From: an uncultured Candidatus Saccharibacteria bacterium | GTDB lineage: Bacteria; Patescibacteriota; Minisyncoccia; Phycocordibacterales; PALSA-1337 | Reading direction: 5' to 3' | Length of the DNA stretch: 64,000 nucleotides | Assembly: GCA_964459225.1 (NCBI GenBank) | Contig: CAYWKB010000002.1 | Span: 2,016 to 66,015 of the forward strand | In this document: positions 1 to 9,122 of the stretch, one piece after another | Position numbering within the stretch: the stretch's first letter is position 1 | How the letters are laid out: the number at the start of each line of letters is the position of its first letter | Made by a program: the position numbers and the translations under genes | The notes under the pieces: model-generated | Database searches by the model: none | Told to the model about the DNA's origin: nothing | The model's input: the letters and a program-made list of their open reading frames with translations, nothing else

Positions 1-14
1 TGTAAAATACCTGT

Positions 15-620
15 ATGGATTCAATTTCTAGACTTACTGAATACTTCAGAGAATTCCCAGGTATAGGCCCAAGACAAGCAAAGAGATTTGTATATTTTTT
101 ACTTACCAAAAATCCAGCATATTTGGATGAGATTTCAAAACTAATTTTAGAAATTAAAAAAAGCATTAGAATATGCTCATTATGTTTTAGATTTCATCAA
201 GGGAATGAGGGGCTGTGTAGTATATGCAATGATAAAGGAAGAAATCAAAATATATTGATGATAGTTTCAAGAGATGTTGATCTGGAAACAATTGAAAAAA
301 GTAAATTTTACGATGGTTATTATTTTATCTTAGGAGGAAATATACCGATCTTAGAAAAAGAACCAAATAAAAAAGTTAGAATTAATGAATTGATGGAAAG
401 ATTAAATAAAGGAAATTTTAAGGAAATAATAATATCTTTGAATGCAAATGCTGAGGGAGATTATACATCACATTATATTTCTGATTTAATTAAAAATAAA
501 TATAGTGAATCAAATTACACAATATCTACATTAGGACGCGGTCTTTCAACGGGCACAGAGCTCGAATACTCAGATTCAGATACCATTAAGAATGCTTTGA
601 AGCATAGAGAGAGGGTTTAA
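15..620 (+). CDS. recR: Recombination protein RecR
   Basis: FPGIGPRQAKR HhH motif, CxxC..CxxC zinc finger, Toprim domain, C-terminal GTELEYSD. Confidence 0.96.
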   Translation: MDSISRLTEYFREFPGIGPRQAKRFVYFLLTKNPAYLDEISKLILEIKKSIRICSLCFRFHQGNEGLCSICNDKGRNQNILMIVSRDVDLETIEKSKFYDGYYFILGGNIPILEKEPNKKVRINELMERLNKGNFKEIIISLNANAEGDYTSHYISDLIKNKYSESNYTISTLGRGLSTGTELEYSDSDTIKNALKHRERV

Positions 621-1864
621 TCAACAAAAGTCAAAGCTTTTCCCTTTTTATTTGCTCTACCTGTTCTTCCTATTCTATGAACATAGTCATCATAAGTTGC
701 TGGTATGTCAAAGTTTATAACATGACTTACATCAGGTATATCAAGTCCGCGAGCCGCAACATCAGTTGCCACCAATATTTGAACAGTATTTTCCTTAAAG
801 CCTTTTAATGCTCTTTGTCTTTGTCCATGATTTTTGTCTCCATGTATTGATTCTGCTTTAAATCCTTTTGCAATAAGTGCCTTTGAAAGCTTTTCTACAC
901 CATGCTTTGTTCTTCCGAAAATAATAACTTTATTAAAATCTTCTTTTGCAAGTAATTCGCCTAAAACATCTATTTTACTTAATCCACGAGCAACACGAAC
1001 TATATCTTGTTCTACATTTTTTGATGTATCTCTTGTTTTTACAGATATTCTCACTGGTTCATTTAGGAATTCTCCTATCATTTTTTCTATTTCTGGTGAA
1101 AGTGTAGCTGAGAAAAATAGTGTATGTCTTGGTTTTGGCATTCCCGCCATCAAAAATCTCATATCATTCACGAATCCCATATCAAGCATTCTATCTGCTT
1201 CATCGAGTACTATTGTTCCAAATTGCTTTAGTGAAATTGCTTTTCTTTCTATTAAATCCTTTAAACGTCCAGGTGTTCCTATTATAAATTCATTTACATA
1301 TCTTAATTCAGATAATTGCTTGCCAATATAAGCACCTCCAACACAACAAACTGAATATATCTTCATGTCTTTTGTGAACCCTTTTAATTCATCTTGAATT
1401 TGTATTGCAAGTTCACGTGTTGGTACAACGATTAATATTCTGTTATTTCTATTTTTCAAAACTTTATCTATAAGAGGAATAAGGAATGCTGCTGTCTTAC
1501 CTGTTCCTGTATTTGCTATACCAACAATATCTTGTCCCTTCAATATATGAGGAATTGATCTGTCTTGTATTGGAGTAGGTGAAATGTAACCCTTTGCCAC
1601 AATTCCTGCCTTTAACTTTTCATCAATTTGGAAATCTGTGAATTTATGTTCAGGAATAAAATGCTCAACTTCTTCTGTTATAGTTGCTTTATTTATAAAT
1701 CTTGCATGAGAAATATTTTCTCCTTGTGGGCCTCTGTTTCTTGTTCTGTTGTTTTTACTAAATCTACTAGTTGGTCTATTACCGAATCTACCAAAAGGCT
1801 TAGCATGTGCCTTATTGCCTCTAAAATGAGGTTTAGCGCCGTTATTTGAATGATTATTATACAT
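617..1864 (-). CDS. DEAD-box RNA helicase
   Basis: Q motif PTPIQ, GTGKT, PTRELA, TPGRL, DEAD, SAT, ARGLD and HRIGRTGR motifs. Confidence 0.96.
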   Translation of the reverse strand: MYNNHSNNGAKPHFRGNKAHAKPFGRFGNRPTSRFSKNNRTRNRGPQGENISHARFINKATITEEVEHFIPEHKFTDFQIDEKLKAGIVAKGYISPTPIQDRSIPHILKGQDIVGIANTGTGKTAAFLIPLIDKVLKNRNNRILIVVPTRELAIQIQDELKGFTKDMKIYSVCCVGGAYIGKQLSELRYVNEFIIGTPGRLKDLIERKAISLKQFGTIVLDEADRMLDMGFVNDMRFLMAGMPKPRHTLFFSATLSPEIEKMIGEFLNEPVRISVKTRDTSKNVEQDIVRVARGLSKIDVLGELLAKEDFNKVIIFGRTKHGVEKLSKALIAKGFKAESIHGDKNHGQRQRALKGFKENTVQILVATDVAARGLDIPDVSHVINFDIPATYDDYVHRIGRTGRANKKGKALTFVD

Positions 1865-1980
1865 ATATTATTTATCACACAATATATTATTTTGCGATAT
1901 TTGTCAATGTTTTATATGTATTTAGCATACTGTTGATATTATTTATAAAAATAAAAATATTAGATGTTATAATTAAATGC

Positions 1981-2667
1981 ATGAATCTTATTTATGCTCT
2001 TTTGGCTGGAGTACTACCAACATTGCTATGGTTATGGTTTTGGCTTAGAGAAGATAATTTACATCCTGAACCGAAGTCTGTAATAGCTGTTTCATTTATC
2101 CTAGGTATTGCTGTTGTACCACTTGCTGTAGTTGTAGAACAATTTGTTGGCAATTTGATTAGAGATGAATCATATAGATACATAGCATGGGCTGCTGTAG
2201 AGGAGCTTTGTAAGGTATTTGCAGTTTTACTTATAATATTAAAATCTAAAAATGTAGATGAGCCAATTGATATTATGATTTATTGTATTACTGTTGCCTT
2301 AGGATTTGCCGCACTCGAAAATACACTCTTTATACTATCCCCCATTCAAAATGGTGAAATTGCAAAAGGCATAATAACTGGAAATATGAGATTTATAGGT
2401 GCAACACTAGTACATGTTGTAAGTTCAGCGATTATTGGCTTTACTCTTGGACTTACATTTTTCAAAAAGGATTATTTAAAAGCAATTTCAGGAATATTTG
2501 GAGTTATCCTCGCTATCGTATTGCATGCTTCATTTAATTTGTCTATAATTAATGAAACGGTAACGAATACGCTAAAAGTTTTTGGATTTGTATGGCTTGC
2601 TGTAGTTATACTAATCATTCTTTTTGAAGAAATTAAAGGTATTAATAATAAACATAGCACATCATAA
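1981..2667 (+). CDS. PrsW-family intramembrane metalloprotease
   Basis: EElcK, GFAALEN, H and HASFN motifs in a multi-TM protein; ATG at 1981 follows TGtTATAAT. Confidence 0.88.
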   Translation: MNLIYALLAGVLPTLLWLWFWLREDNLHPEPKSVIAVSFILGIAVVPLAVVVEQFVGNLIRDESYRYIAWAAVEELCKVFAVLLIILKSKNVDEPIDIMIYCITVALGFAALENTLFILSPIQNGEIAKGIITGNMRFIGATLVHVVSSAIIGFTLGLTFFKKDYLKAISGIFGVILAIVLHASFNLSIINETVTNTLKVFGFVWLAVVILIILFEEIKGINNKHSTS

Positions 2668-2669
2668 AC

Positions 2670-3131
2670 ATGGCAAAAGAAAAAAAATCATTTTTTGAAA
2701 GATTGACTGGAACAATAAAGATGAGTGAAGACAAGGAAGAAGCCTTGGATGAATCTTCTGATACAGTTGATGCAATTGATGATTTTGAAGAAGATGAAAA
2801 AGATGGTGAACTAACTGTTGATGTCTATCAGACAGGAGAAATGATAATTATTAAAGCCATGATAGCGGGTGTGAGACCAGAAGACCTAGATATATCAATA
2901 ACTCGCGATATAGTAACTATACATGGTAAACGTGAAGAAGAAAGAACAGCAAAAGAAGACGATTATTTTGTAAAAGAACTTTATTGGGGATCATTTTCTA
3001 GATCTATTAGTTTACCAGAAGAGATAGATGTGGATGAAGCAGAGGCAATTGAAAAGCATGGTCTACTTATTTTAAAACTTCCTAAATTAGATAAGAAAAA
3101 GCAATCAAAGTTAAAGGTTAGAACTGCTTAA
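2670..3131 (+). CDS. Hsp20/alpha-crystallin small heat shock protein
   Basis: VDVYQT..IAGV..EDLDI, ELYWGSFSRSISLP, GLLILKLPK. Confidence 0.93.
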   Translation: MAKEKKSFFERLTGTIKMSEDKEEALDESSDTVDAIDDFEEDEKDGELTVDVYQTGEMIIIKAMIAGVRPEDLDISITRDIVTIHGKREEERTAKEDDYFVKELYWGSFSRSISLPEEIDVDEAEAIEKHGLLILKLPKLDKKKQSKLKVRTA

Positions 3132-3141
3132 TTTGCTATTG

Positions 3142-3171
3142 AGCAATACTTTATCGTAGGTATTGCTTTTT
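3142..3171 (+). terminator. Intrinsic terminator after hsp20
   Basis: AGCAATAC..GTATTGCT stem followed by a T run. Confidence 0.7.
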
Positions 3172-3234
3172 CCCTCTATTTATGTTATGGTTTTCCGTGG
3201 AAAGGACAATCCCATGAAGGGGTTGAATAATTGA

Positions 3235-3684
3235 ATGGAAGAAATAGTGCCAATAATGGTTGTTTTAATCGACAACGATGATGGTGTAGGATTTGCCATC
3301 GAAGCAATATTCAAGACGCTTCTAAGTGATCTTGATATATTTTTGATCAAGTACAAGAGCATGTCTGAGGCAAGACAAGTGCTTGATTTGAGGATTCCAC
3401 CCGATGCTATTATCTGGGATGGACATATTACTGACGGCATTACCACAGATAAGATCGGGGACGAGGGATCACTTATCGAGATCGCTTGCGAACAGTTCCC
3501 TGAATGTCTCATGATCGCATTTTCAAGTGATCCTGAGATACATCAAAAGCAGAGAGAGTATGGTTGCACATTGAGCTTCAGTAAGCCAATGAATTTCAAG
3601 TTGGTGATAGATACAATTAGGAGCCTCGCTCAGTCGACTGTATTGACAGAACAGGACATACCTAAAGCACAAGCAGTTGCGTGA
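3235..3684 (+). CDS. Single-domain response-regulator receiver-like protein
   Basis: VLIDND acidic pocket, IIWD phospho-acceptor position, IAFSS, and FSKP with the conserved Lys. Confidence 0.7.
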   Translation: MEEIVPIMVVLIDNDDGVGFAIEAIFKTLLSDLDIFLIKYKSMSEARQVLDLRIPPDAIIWDGHITDGITTDKIGDEGSLIEIACEQFPECLMIAFSSDPEIHQKQREYGCTLSFSKPMNFKLVIDTIRSLAQSTVLTEQDIPKAQAVA

Positions 3685-3710
3685 CAGTTTGGTTACGCAC
3701 AAAAATCTAA

Positions 3711-3762
3711 GAACTCACCCACCCGTGTAGAAAACACGAGGTGGGTGGTTTTGTTTTTATAC
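3711..3762 (+). repeat. Terminator repeat A, copy 1
   Basis: 52 bp, 50/52 identical to 8261-8312; hairpin CACCCACC-CGTG..CACG-A-GGTGGGTG plus T tract. Confidence 0.9.
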
Positions 3763-3959
3763 TAATCATCAAATGAAATCGGGGGTGTAGCCCAACTTTT
3801 CTTTGCGGACCGATCATACTCATCAATATCCAAATTTCTTGGTGTGGATGATTCAGGTCTCACTTGATTGTCAGGTAGTGCAACTTCACTTGACCGTAAT
3901 TCAAAATCAGCTGGAGTGAAGTATTTGAAATAATTTGAGTATTGTTTTGTGTCTACCAT
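3762..3959 (-). CDS. Small hypothetical protein (65 aa)
   Basis: ORF with GGAG upstream and TGaTATAAT on the minus strand; converges on repeat A. Confidence 0.5.
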   Translation of the reverse strand: MVDTKQYSNYFKYFTPADFELRSSEVALPDNQVRPESSTPRNLDIDEYDRSAKKSWATPPISFDD

Positions 3960-4061
3960 AATTTATCTCCATTGTTCAGCTACTATTCAAATTATATATC
4001 ACAAATAATCTCACATCAAATTTTGATTAAAATATTGAAGTACTGAACCCCGCAACACACA

Positions 4062-4089
4062 AACGGGCAGATGCATGCATCTGCCCGTT
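4062..4089. terminator. Perfect 28-bp palindrome, probable terminator
   Basis: AACGGGCAGATGCA|TGCATCTGCCCGTT. Confidence 0.7.
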
Positions 4090-4104
4090 CTGGTTTTTAA
4101 TTGG

Positions 4105-4522
4105 TTACTTTCCCCTTAAGACTTTTATAACCCATCGTATTCGATTTCCAAATAAATACCTGTCAACAATCTGACAAGTGTCACTGATTTCCCTAGCGAC
4201 GGTAGGAACGGCACAACAATCTGTTTGATGAGCACGTTCATGAGCATTCCTGATGAAAAATCCATTACTGAGAATACCTTGTGCAGTTTCTCTGGATCTT
4301 CCGATCTCAGCCATCAATTCATTACCGTTGATTCGCATAACATGCTTTCAGTGTTAGTTTTGAAACTTCCCTCCTGATAAGTTCATCATCGACACAAGCT
4401 CTGACTCTTGATCCTCCAGTGTTGTTTCTTTGTCTGATGGTATTGTGCCCTCTCAGACTGATTGGTTTCTCTCCTGGTAGAACATCATATGTCCTACCAT
4501 CACTGAACTTTTCATTTTTCAT
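4105..4522 (-). pseudogene. Probable frameshifted hypothetical gene (66-aa and 77-aa ORFs overlapping by 17 nt)
   Basis: Two out-of-frame ORFs between one promoter-like region and one hairpin; a single indel near 4325-4345 would fuse them. Confidence 0.4.
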
Positions 4523-4645
4523 TTTTGTCCTTTTTTGGTTCTCTTTCGATATGAGACAACTTTCACAAAAAATAACTGCTGTACTTCATATTATCACAAA
4601 AGTTATTTTTATTTAATTTTTTACTATAAATATCTTATATATTTA

Positions 4646-4674
4646 AAGAGGGTGCCATTCTGGACACCCTCTTT
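4646..4674 (-). terminator. Intrinsic terminator
   Basis: AAAGAGGGTG-CCA TTC TGG-A-CACCCTCTTT hairpin right after the 4678 stop. Confidence 0.7.
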
Positions 4675-4677
4675 GAT

Positions 4678-4959
4678 TTAACGAAATTCAACCATTAGCA
4701 ATCCCTTCCTAAAAAGGAATTCGAACTCTAGGCACGCTAACCTTTCCTCGTCAAAAACGAGCCCACCTACCTTATGGAAATTGAATGATTCACCAAGCTG
4801 ATTTTCCAGTAGGGTTATCTTTTGTGATACAGACTCGGCATTTGAGCTCCTATACGTCTCTAGTAGAAAAATGTCGGCATCTGCTCCAAAAGATTTCTTT
4901 TTTTGTGGAAAACCTGCTTGTTCCTGTGGGTCAATTTGTTTAATCATAATTAACCTCAA
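4678..4959 (-). CDS. Hypothetical protein (93 aa)
   Basis: ORF followed by a terminator; no recognisable motif. Confidence 0.5.
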   Translation of the reverse strand: MRLIMIKQIDPQEQAGFPQKKKSFGADADIFLLETYRSSNAESVSQKITLLENQLGESFNFHKVGGLVFDEERLACLEFEFLFRKGLLMVEFR

Positions 4960-4983
4960 GATAAATATTAGTTCTATAAGGCG

Positions 4984-5220
4984 TTAGACACCTCTTGCCG
5001 AGCGGAGTTCACGCAACATTTGAGGATTCGTGACACACAGTTTATTTGCGATTTTATCTTGTTCTTGATTTAGTGATTCTAGTTCCTGACTTTCTTCAGC
5101 GGTAAGATTACGTGTGCGATTTATTGTTAAAAGAGCTAATCGCCTTTCATTTCCTTTTTTATTTGACGATGGATTTTTCATTTTAGTTTTTTGTTTTATC
5201 GGTCTGAAAGTAGTATACAT
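4984..5220 (-). CDS. Hypothetical protein (up to 78 aa, start possibly 5181)
   Basis: ORF with a helical LTAEESQELESL segment. Confidence 0.5.
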   Translation of the reverse strand: MYTTFRPIKQKTKMKNPSSNKKGNERRLALLTINRTRNLTAEESQELESLNQEQDKIANKLCVTNPQMLRELRSARGV

Positions 5221-5286
5221 AATAGATAAATAACGTACAAGAAGGAATAATTCTAGATCAATTAATTTTATGTAACATGGTTGAAT

Positions 5287-6576
5287 TTATCTTAGTGATT
5301 CTAATTGAAATTTTGCAACTCTACTTATAGATAATATATCACTTTGTGAAAGTATCCCTAAGGCCTCTTTCATTTGACCAATTGACTTCTCTCCGAGTCC
5401 AGTCTGACGAGCACCATTCCCAATAGTATCAACAATACGCAACAACTGTTCTTCACTAAATTGTTCTAAGTATCCATTGGGACGATTAATGACAATACCT
5501 GTACGTTGGCGAGCATCCCCATTTAACAAGTATTCTTGTACTATAACATCTGCATTACTATGAGAGAGCTTTGTATACAACTCCAACCAATCATAGAAAA
5601 GATCAGGAGATGAGGTCTTGGGTTCATGTTCTGCAATATATTTCTTCAAATTATCTCTTGTTACATCCTCCATCACCGCAACCTTAATTAATTCATAAAA
5701 CTTAGCATTAATAGCCTCATCTCTAATCTCATTTTCAGTAATATTTAAATGTTCAAGCAATTTAGGAAGTAACACCTTTTGAGCTTCAATGTCTGCTAGT
5801 GAAGCTTCTATCCACACACCAACTATTTCATCATGATCTAGCACACTTTTACCCTCGGTATACTGAGCATTAATCAGATCCATGATTTGACCCAATTCCC
5901 CTGTTGGTAGTAATGAAGGTAATCTAATTAAAGCATATCTACTGAGTTCACTATCTGAACTCAATGTGGTCTTTTTGTAAAGATTCTGAATCTTAACTGT
6001 CTCACGACCAATGAATGCTAAGTCACTTTCCGATGAATTATTTGCAGCTGAATCAATGTAATATGTTGTATATCCCAACAACGAAAGAATTGCCCTTCTG
6101 ACTTCAGGATCAGATTGATTATTGAACTCAATAATCAGCTCATCCGTAAGCTCTATGGGCTGGAGAAGTCTTAGCCAATCTAGAATAAGGATTGCATCAG
6201 CGCGATTACTACGATAAGTATTCCAAAGTGATTCAATCTTTTTGGCTCTATTCAAGCTTGTATTAAGTATCAGTGCTTTTATGGCGTTATCGAGTTTTCC
6301 CCCATTCAAGCTGATTAATCGATTTACAAACAAAGACACATCTACATTATCTAATTCATTTGAGGGAACCAAATGACCATAATCAAAAGTCTTTTGCTTT
6401 ACATCATCTACTGAAACCGATTTTATATAATCATTAATAAACCACTGACGCACAACCAGCGTTAATGATTGACCATAATTATAGATAAGACAGAAAAATA
6501 TAATTAAAATAACTGCCACCTTACTAATTATCCTGTTATTAGTTTTCATCCCAATGGTTTTATTAGATTCAATCAT
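5287..6576 (-). CDS. Membrane-anchored all-helical (HEAT-like) hypothetical protein
   Basis: 429-aa ORF, N-terminal hydrophobic segment, HEAT-like motifs DPEVRRAILSLLG and DSELSRYALIRL. Confidence 0.65.
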   Translation of the reverse strand: MIESNKTIGMKTNNRIISKVAVILIIFFCLIYNYGQSLTLVVRQWFINDYIKSVSVDDVKQKTFDYGHLVPSNELDNVDVSLFVNRLISLNGGKLDNAIKALILNTSLNRAKKIESLWNTYRSNRADAILILDWLRLLQPIELTDELIIEFNNQSDPEVRRAILSLLGYTTYYIDSAANNSSESDLAFIGRETVKIQNLYKKTTLSSDSELSRYALIRLPSLLPTGELGQIMDLINAQYTEGKSVLDHDEIVGVWIEASLADIEAQKVLLPKLLEHLNITENEIRDEAINAKFYELIKVAVMEDVTRDNLKKYIAEHEPKTSSPDLFYDWLELYTKLSHSNADVIVQEYLLNGDARQRTGIVINRPNGYLEQFSEEQLLRIVDTIGNGARQTGLGEKSIGQMKEALGILSQSDILSISRVAKFQLESLR

Positions 6577-6679
6577 TAGTGTATTTTATCATGCATTGTG
6601 AAGTTATAGTTGCACCTATAATCAAAACTCGATGTTATGTTGTGTAATATATTATTAAAATGTAATATATATTAATAAT

Positions 6680-7513
6680 ATGAAATTTGTATTTTGTGGA
6701 TTTGACTTCTTCATATCAACTTTTGAAACTTTTATTTCTAATGGTTATATTCCTCTTGCAGTATTTTGCCATAAAGTGGATGGTATATATAATTCTTCAT
6801 CAACAATTAAATCACGTTGTAGTGAACTTGGAATTCCTTTTTACGAAAGAAATATGACAGAAGTTGACGTAAACTTTTTTCATACGATGAATTGTGAAAT
6901 AATAATTTCTGCGGCATTTGCATATCGCCTCCCTGCTGAAGCCATAGACAGTGCTGGAATTATGGGTATAAATATACACCCCACAATACTACCGAAAGGT
7001 CGTGGTCCATGGCCACTTCCACATATAATTTTAAAAAGAGAAATAGAAAGTGGAGTTACATTACATAAATTAGCTCATAAATTTGATACAGGAGATATAC
7101 TTCTAACTCGTGAATTTCCACTTTCAAAAAATGAAAATCTTGAATCACTATCATTCAAGGTGCGCAATTGTGCAGTTACTATAATTAAGTTGTTTTTACA
7201 AAATCCCAAGGAAACTTTCAGGAAAGCAATACCTCAATCATCTGGAACATACTGGGCAATGCCCACAGAAGTTGAACGGACGTTAGATTGGAATTTAGAC
7301 GTTGACCACCTTGACCGCATCATAAGAGCTTTTGGTAATTTTGAATCATATGCTTTTTTTGATAACAAAAATTGGCTTGTACAGGATGGAAATGTCTGGC
7401 CAGAAAAACATAGTTATATCCCAGGTACAGTTGTCGAACGCACAAATCGTGAGGTAATGATAGCAGCTAGTGATGGATTTGTTTGTCTACGTAGATTTAA
7501 GGAAGACAAGTAA
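6680..7513 (+). CDS. Methionyl-tRNA formyltransferase-like formyltransferase
   Basis: INIHPTILPKGRGPWP, GVTLH, FDTGDIL motifs and an Fmt-like C-terminal domain. Confidence 0.85.
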   Translation: MKFVFCGFDFFISTFETFISNGYIPLAVFCHKVDGIYNSSSTIKSRCSELGIPFYERNMTEVDVNFFHTMNCEIIISAAFAYRLPAEAIDSAGIMGINIHPTILPKGRGPWPLPHIILKREIESGVTLHKLAHKFDTGDILLTREFPLSKNENLESLSFKVRNCAVTIIKLFLQNPKETFRKAIPQSSGTYWAMPTEVERTLDWNLDVDHLDRIIRAFGNFESYAFFDNKNWLVQDGNVWPEKHSYIPGTVVERTNREVMIAASDGFVCLRRFKEDK

Positions 7514-7574
7514 GCAACTAATGTTATAATATAAATAGACTCACCAAACACGCACACAAAAGAAAGAGTTAGTT

Positions 7575-7823
7575 ATGGAAAATGAACAATTCAAAGAACA
7601 TATCTTGTCTGAGTATGGTAAAGACATATTGTCGCAATTTGAAAACCACCCCAAGCATAATGGTAAATTGAGCTTTTCAGATGCTCTAAATCTGCTTGAT
7701 GAGATCATATCACCTGTTGCGGTTTACCCAAGTTTTGGCCGGACAAATTCAAGATCAGAAGATGGTTATTTCAAATTTAAATTTGATGAAGGTGGCCGTT
7801 TAATCCATCAAAGAAATCCGTAG
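7575..7823 (+). CDS. Hypothetical protein, possibly frameshifted with a tail to 7930
   Basis: 82-aa ORF after TGtTATAAT; the -1 frame stays open to TGA at 7928-7930. Confidence 0.5.
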   Translation: MENEQFKEHILSEYGKDILSQFENHPKHNGKLSFSDALNLLDEIISPVAVYPSFGRTNSRSEDGYFKFKFDEGGRLIHQRNP

Positions 7824-7945
7824 AGGAACTTGAACGTCTCAAGGCTCTAAATCAAAAGTTGCAAGACACAGCACGACTTGCGGATCGACACCCGATTAAA
7901 GGCTATAACTTTCCTTTCCACAAAAAGTGACAAAAACAACACATC

Positions 7946-7976
7946 AAAATGCACCCATTTGTATAGGGTGCATTTT
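7946..7976 (+). terminator. Intrinsic terminator
   Basis: AAAATGCACCC..GGGTGCATTTT stem. Confidence 0.75.
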
Positions 7977-8036
7977 CCTATTTAGAGTTTTGGATCTTCA
8001 ATTGATATATGTTAACATAACACTGGAGTTTCTTAT

Positions 8037-8228
8037 ATGTCAAAAACTACTGACAAATCAGCACCCCTAATAATCCTGCGACAGCCACCATCTGAATGGC
8101 GCATGAAGCTTCGGAGTTATATAAGTGAAATATCTAAATCATTCAATGCTTCAAATTTAAACAACGATCCAATCGTCGGTCCTAGACCAGGTACTAAGAA
8201 GTCGAGATACCACCCAACCACTAAATAA
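8037..8228 (+). CDS. Small basic hypothetical protein (63 aa)
   Basis: ORF with GGAG upstream, followed by repeat A copy 2. Confidence 0.5.
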   Translation: MSKTTDKSAPLIILRQPPSEWRMKLRSYISEISKSFNASNLNNDPIVGPRPGTKKSRYHPTTK

Positions 8229-8260
8229 TTTTATTGATGTTAGGCTCAACAGATAGTATC

Positions 8261-8312
8261 GAACTCACCCACCCGTTTAGAAAGCACGAGGTGGGTGGTT
8301 TTGTTTTTATAC
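8261..8312 (+). repeat. Terminator repeat A, copy 2
   Basis: 50/52 identity to 3711-3762. Confidence 0.9.
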
Positions 8313-8346
8313 ACAAAACCCGCCTACGATTTCGACGTAGTGCGGG
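8313..8346 (-). repeat. Terminator repeat B, copy 1
   Basis: ACAAAACCCGCCTACGATTTCGACGTAGTGCGGG, identical to 9060-9093. Confidence 0.9.
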
Positions 8347-8379
8347 CTATGAGTTAATTGGTGAATGATTAACCATCGA

Positions 8380-8979
8380 TTATATCACCTCAGTTCCATC
8401 TAACAGTTTCATTACTACTTTTTGTGATTGACCATCAGTCATGATCCCACTATATTTTTTACAACAAGAATCACATAAATGTATTGGGAATACGCTACCC
8501 CATACATTATAAACAGTCATTCTTGTTGCTGGAGCATCACAGTTCTCAATAAAACAGCGATATAGTGACGGATTCTCGGAAATCCCCTTACAAAAGCTAT
8601 AAATGCTATGTGGATTATCCCCGAAAAACCTTTTTGAAAGAGTTTTAATACTCCAACCCTTTGAGACTTTCAAATTAGAAGGGTGAATATATACCACTCT
8701 AGGGCAAGTACGCCATTTATCATCAGCAAGTAATGTGGAGAAGTCCACACTTAATAACATATCCCTATTTTTCGCATCCCACGATTCTACCTGTCTATGT
8801 GTATTGAATAGACCTGCTTTGACTTCACTTCCAAAAAACACAGCGACTTTGCATCCACCTTTATCAGAGATCCCTGAGTGTGGACACACGACATATCCTT
8901 GATATCCAAAAAATAGATTCTTAACCTCTCCACAAACCTCGACAATCGATCCTGCTTGTATTTGATCTAAATTACTCAT
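8380..8979 (-). CDS. Hypothetical protein with putative C-terminal zinc-binding cysteines
   Basis: 199-aa ORF; CFIENC...LCDSC. Confidence 0.65.
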   Translation of the reverse strand: MSNLDQIQAGSIVEVCGEVKNLFFGYQGYVVCPHSGISDKGGCKVAVFFGSEVKAGLFNTHRQVESWDAKNRDMLLSVDFSTLLADDKWRTCPRVVYIHPSNLKVSKGWSIKTLSKRFFGDNPHSIYSFCKGISENPSLYRCFIENCDAPATRMTVYNVWGSVFPIHLCDSCCKKYSGIMTDGQSQKVVMKLLDGTEVI

Positions 8980-9059
8980 GATTAATCCTTTTGTTAGAAC
9001 GCCTACAAATAGATTACACTTTTAGAAAAGTAATGTAAATGTAATTCATATTATAAAAA

Positions 9060-9093
9060 ACAAAACCCGCCTACGATTTCGACGTAGTGCGGG
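9060..9093 (-). repeat. Terminator repeat B, copy 2
   Basis: 34/34 identity to 8313-8346. Confidence 0.9.
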
Positions 9094-9122
9094 TGCATGA
9101 TTAATTGTATTGTGTTCATTAG

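Noticed and set aside
1846-1980. N-terminal extensions in the ORF track (prsW, also trpS, mnmA, leuS, rplM)
   Set aside because: They overlap neighbouring genes or promoter DNA; downstream ATGs match the family starts.
3711-9093. Integron attC array or CRISPR array
   Set aside because: Only two copies per repeat, no RYYYAAC/GTTRRRY ends, mixed gene orientation, gene-sized spacing, and no intI or cas genes in the window.
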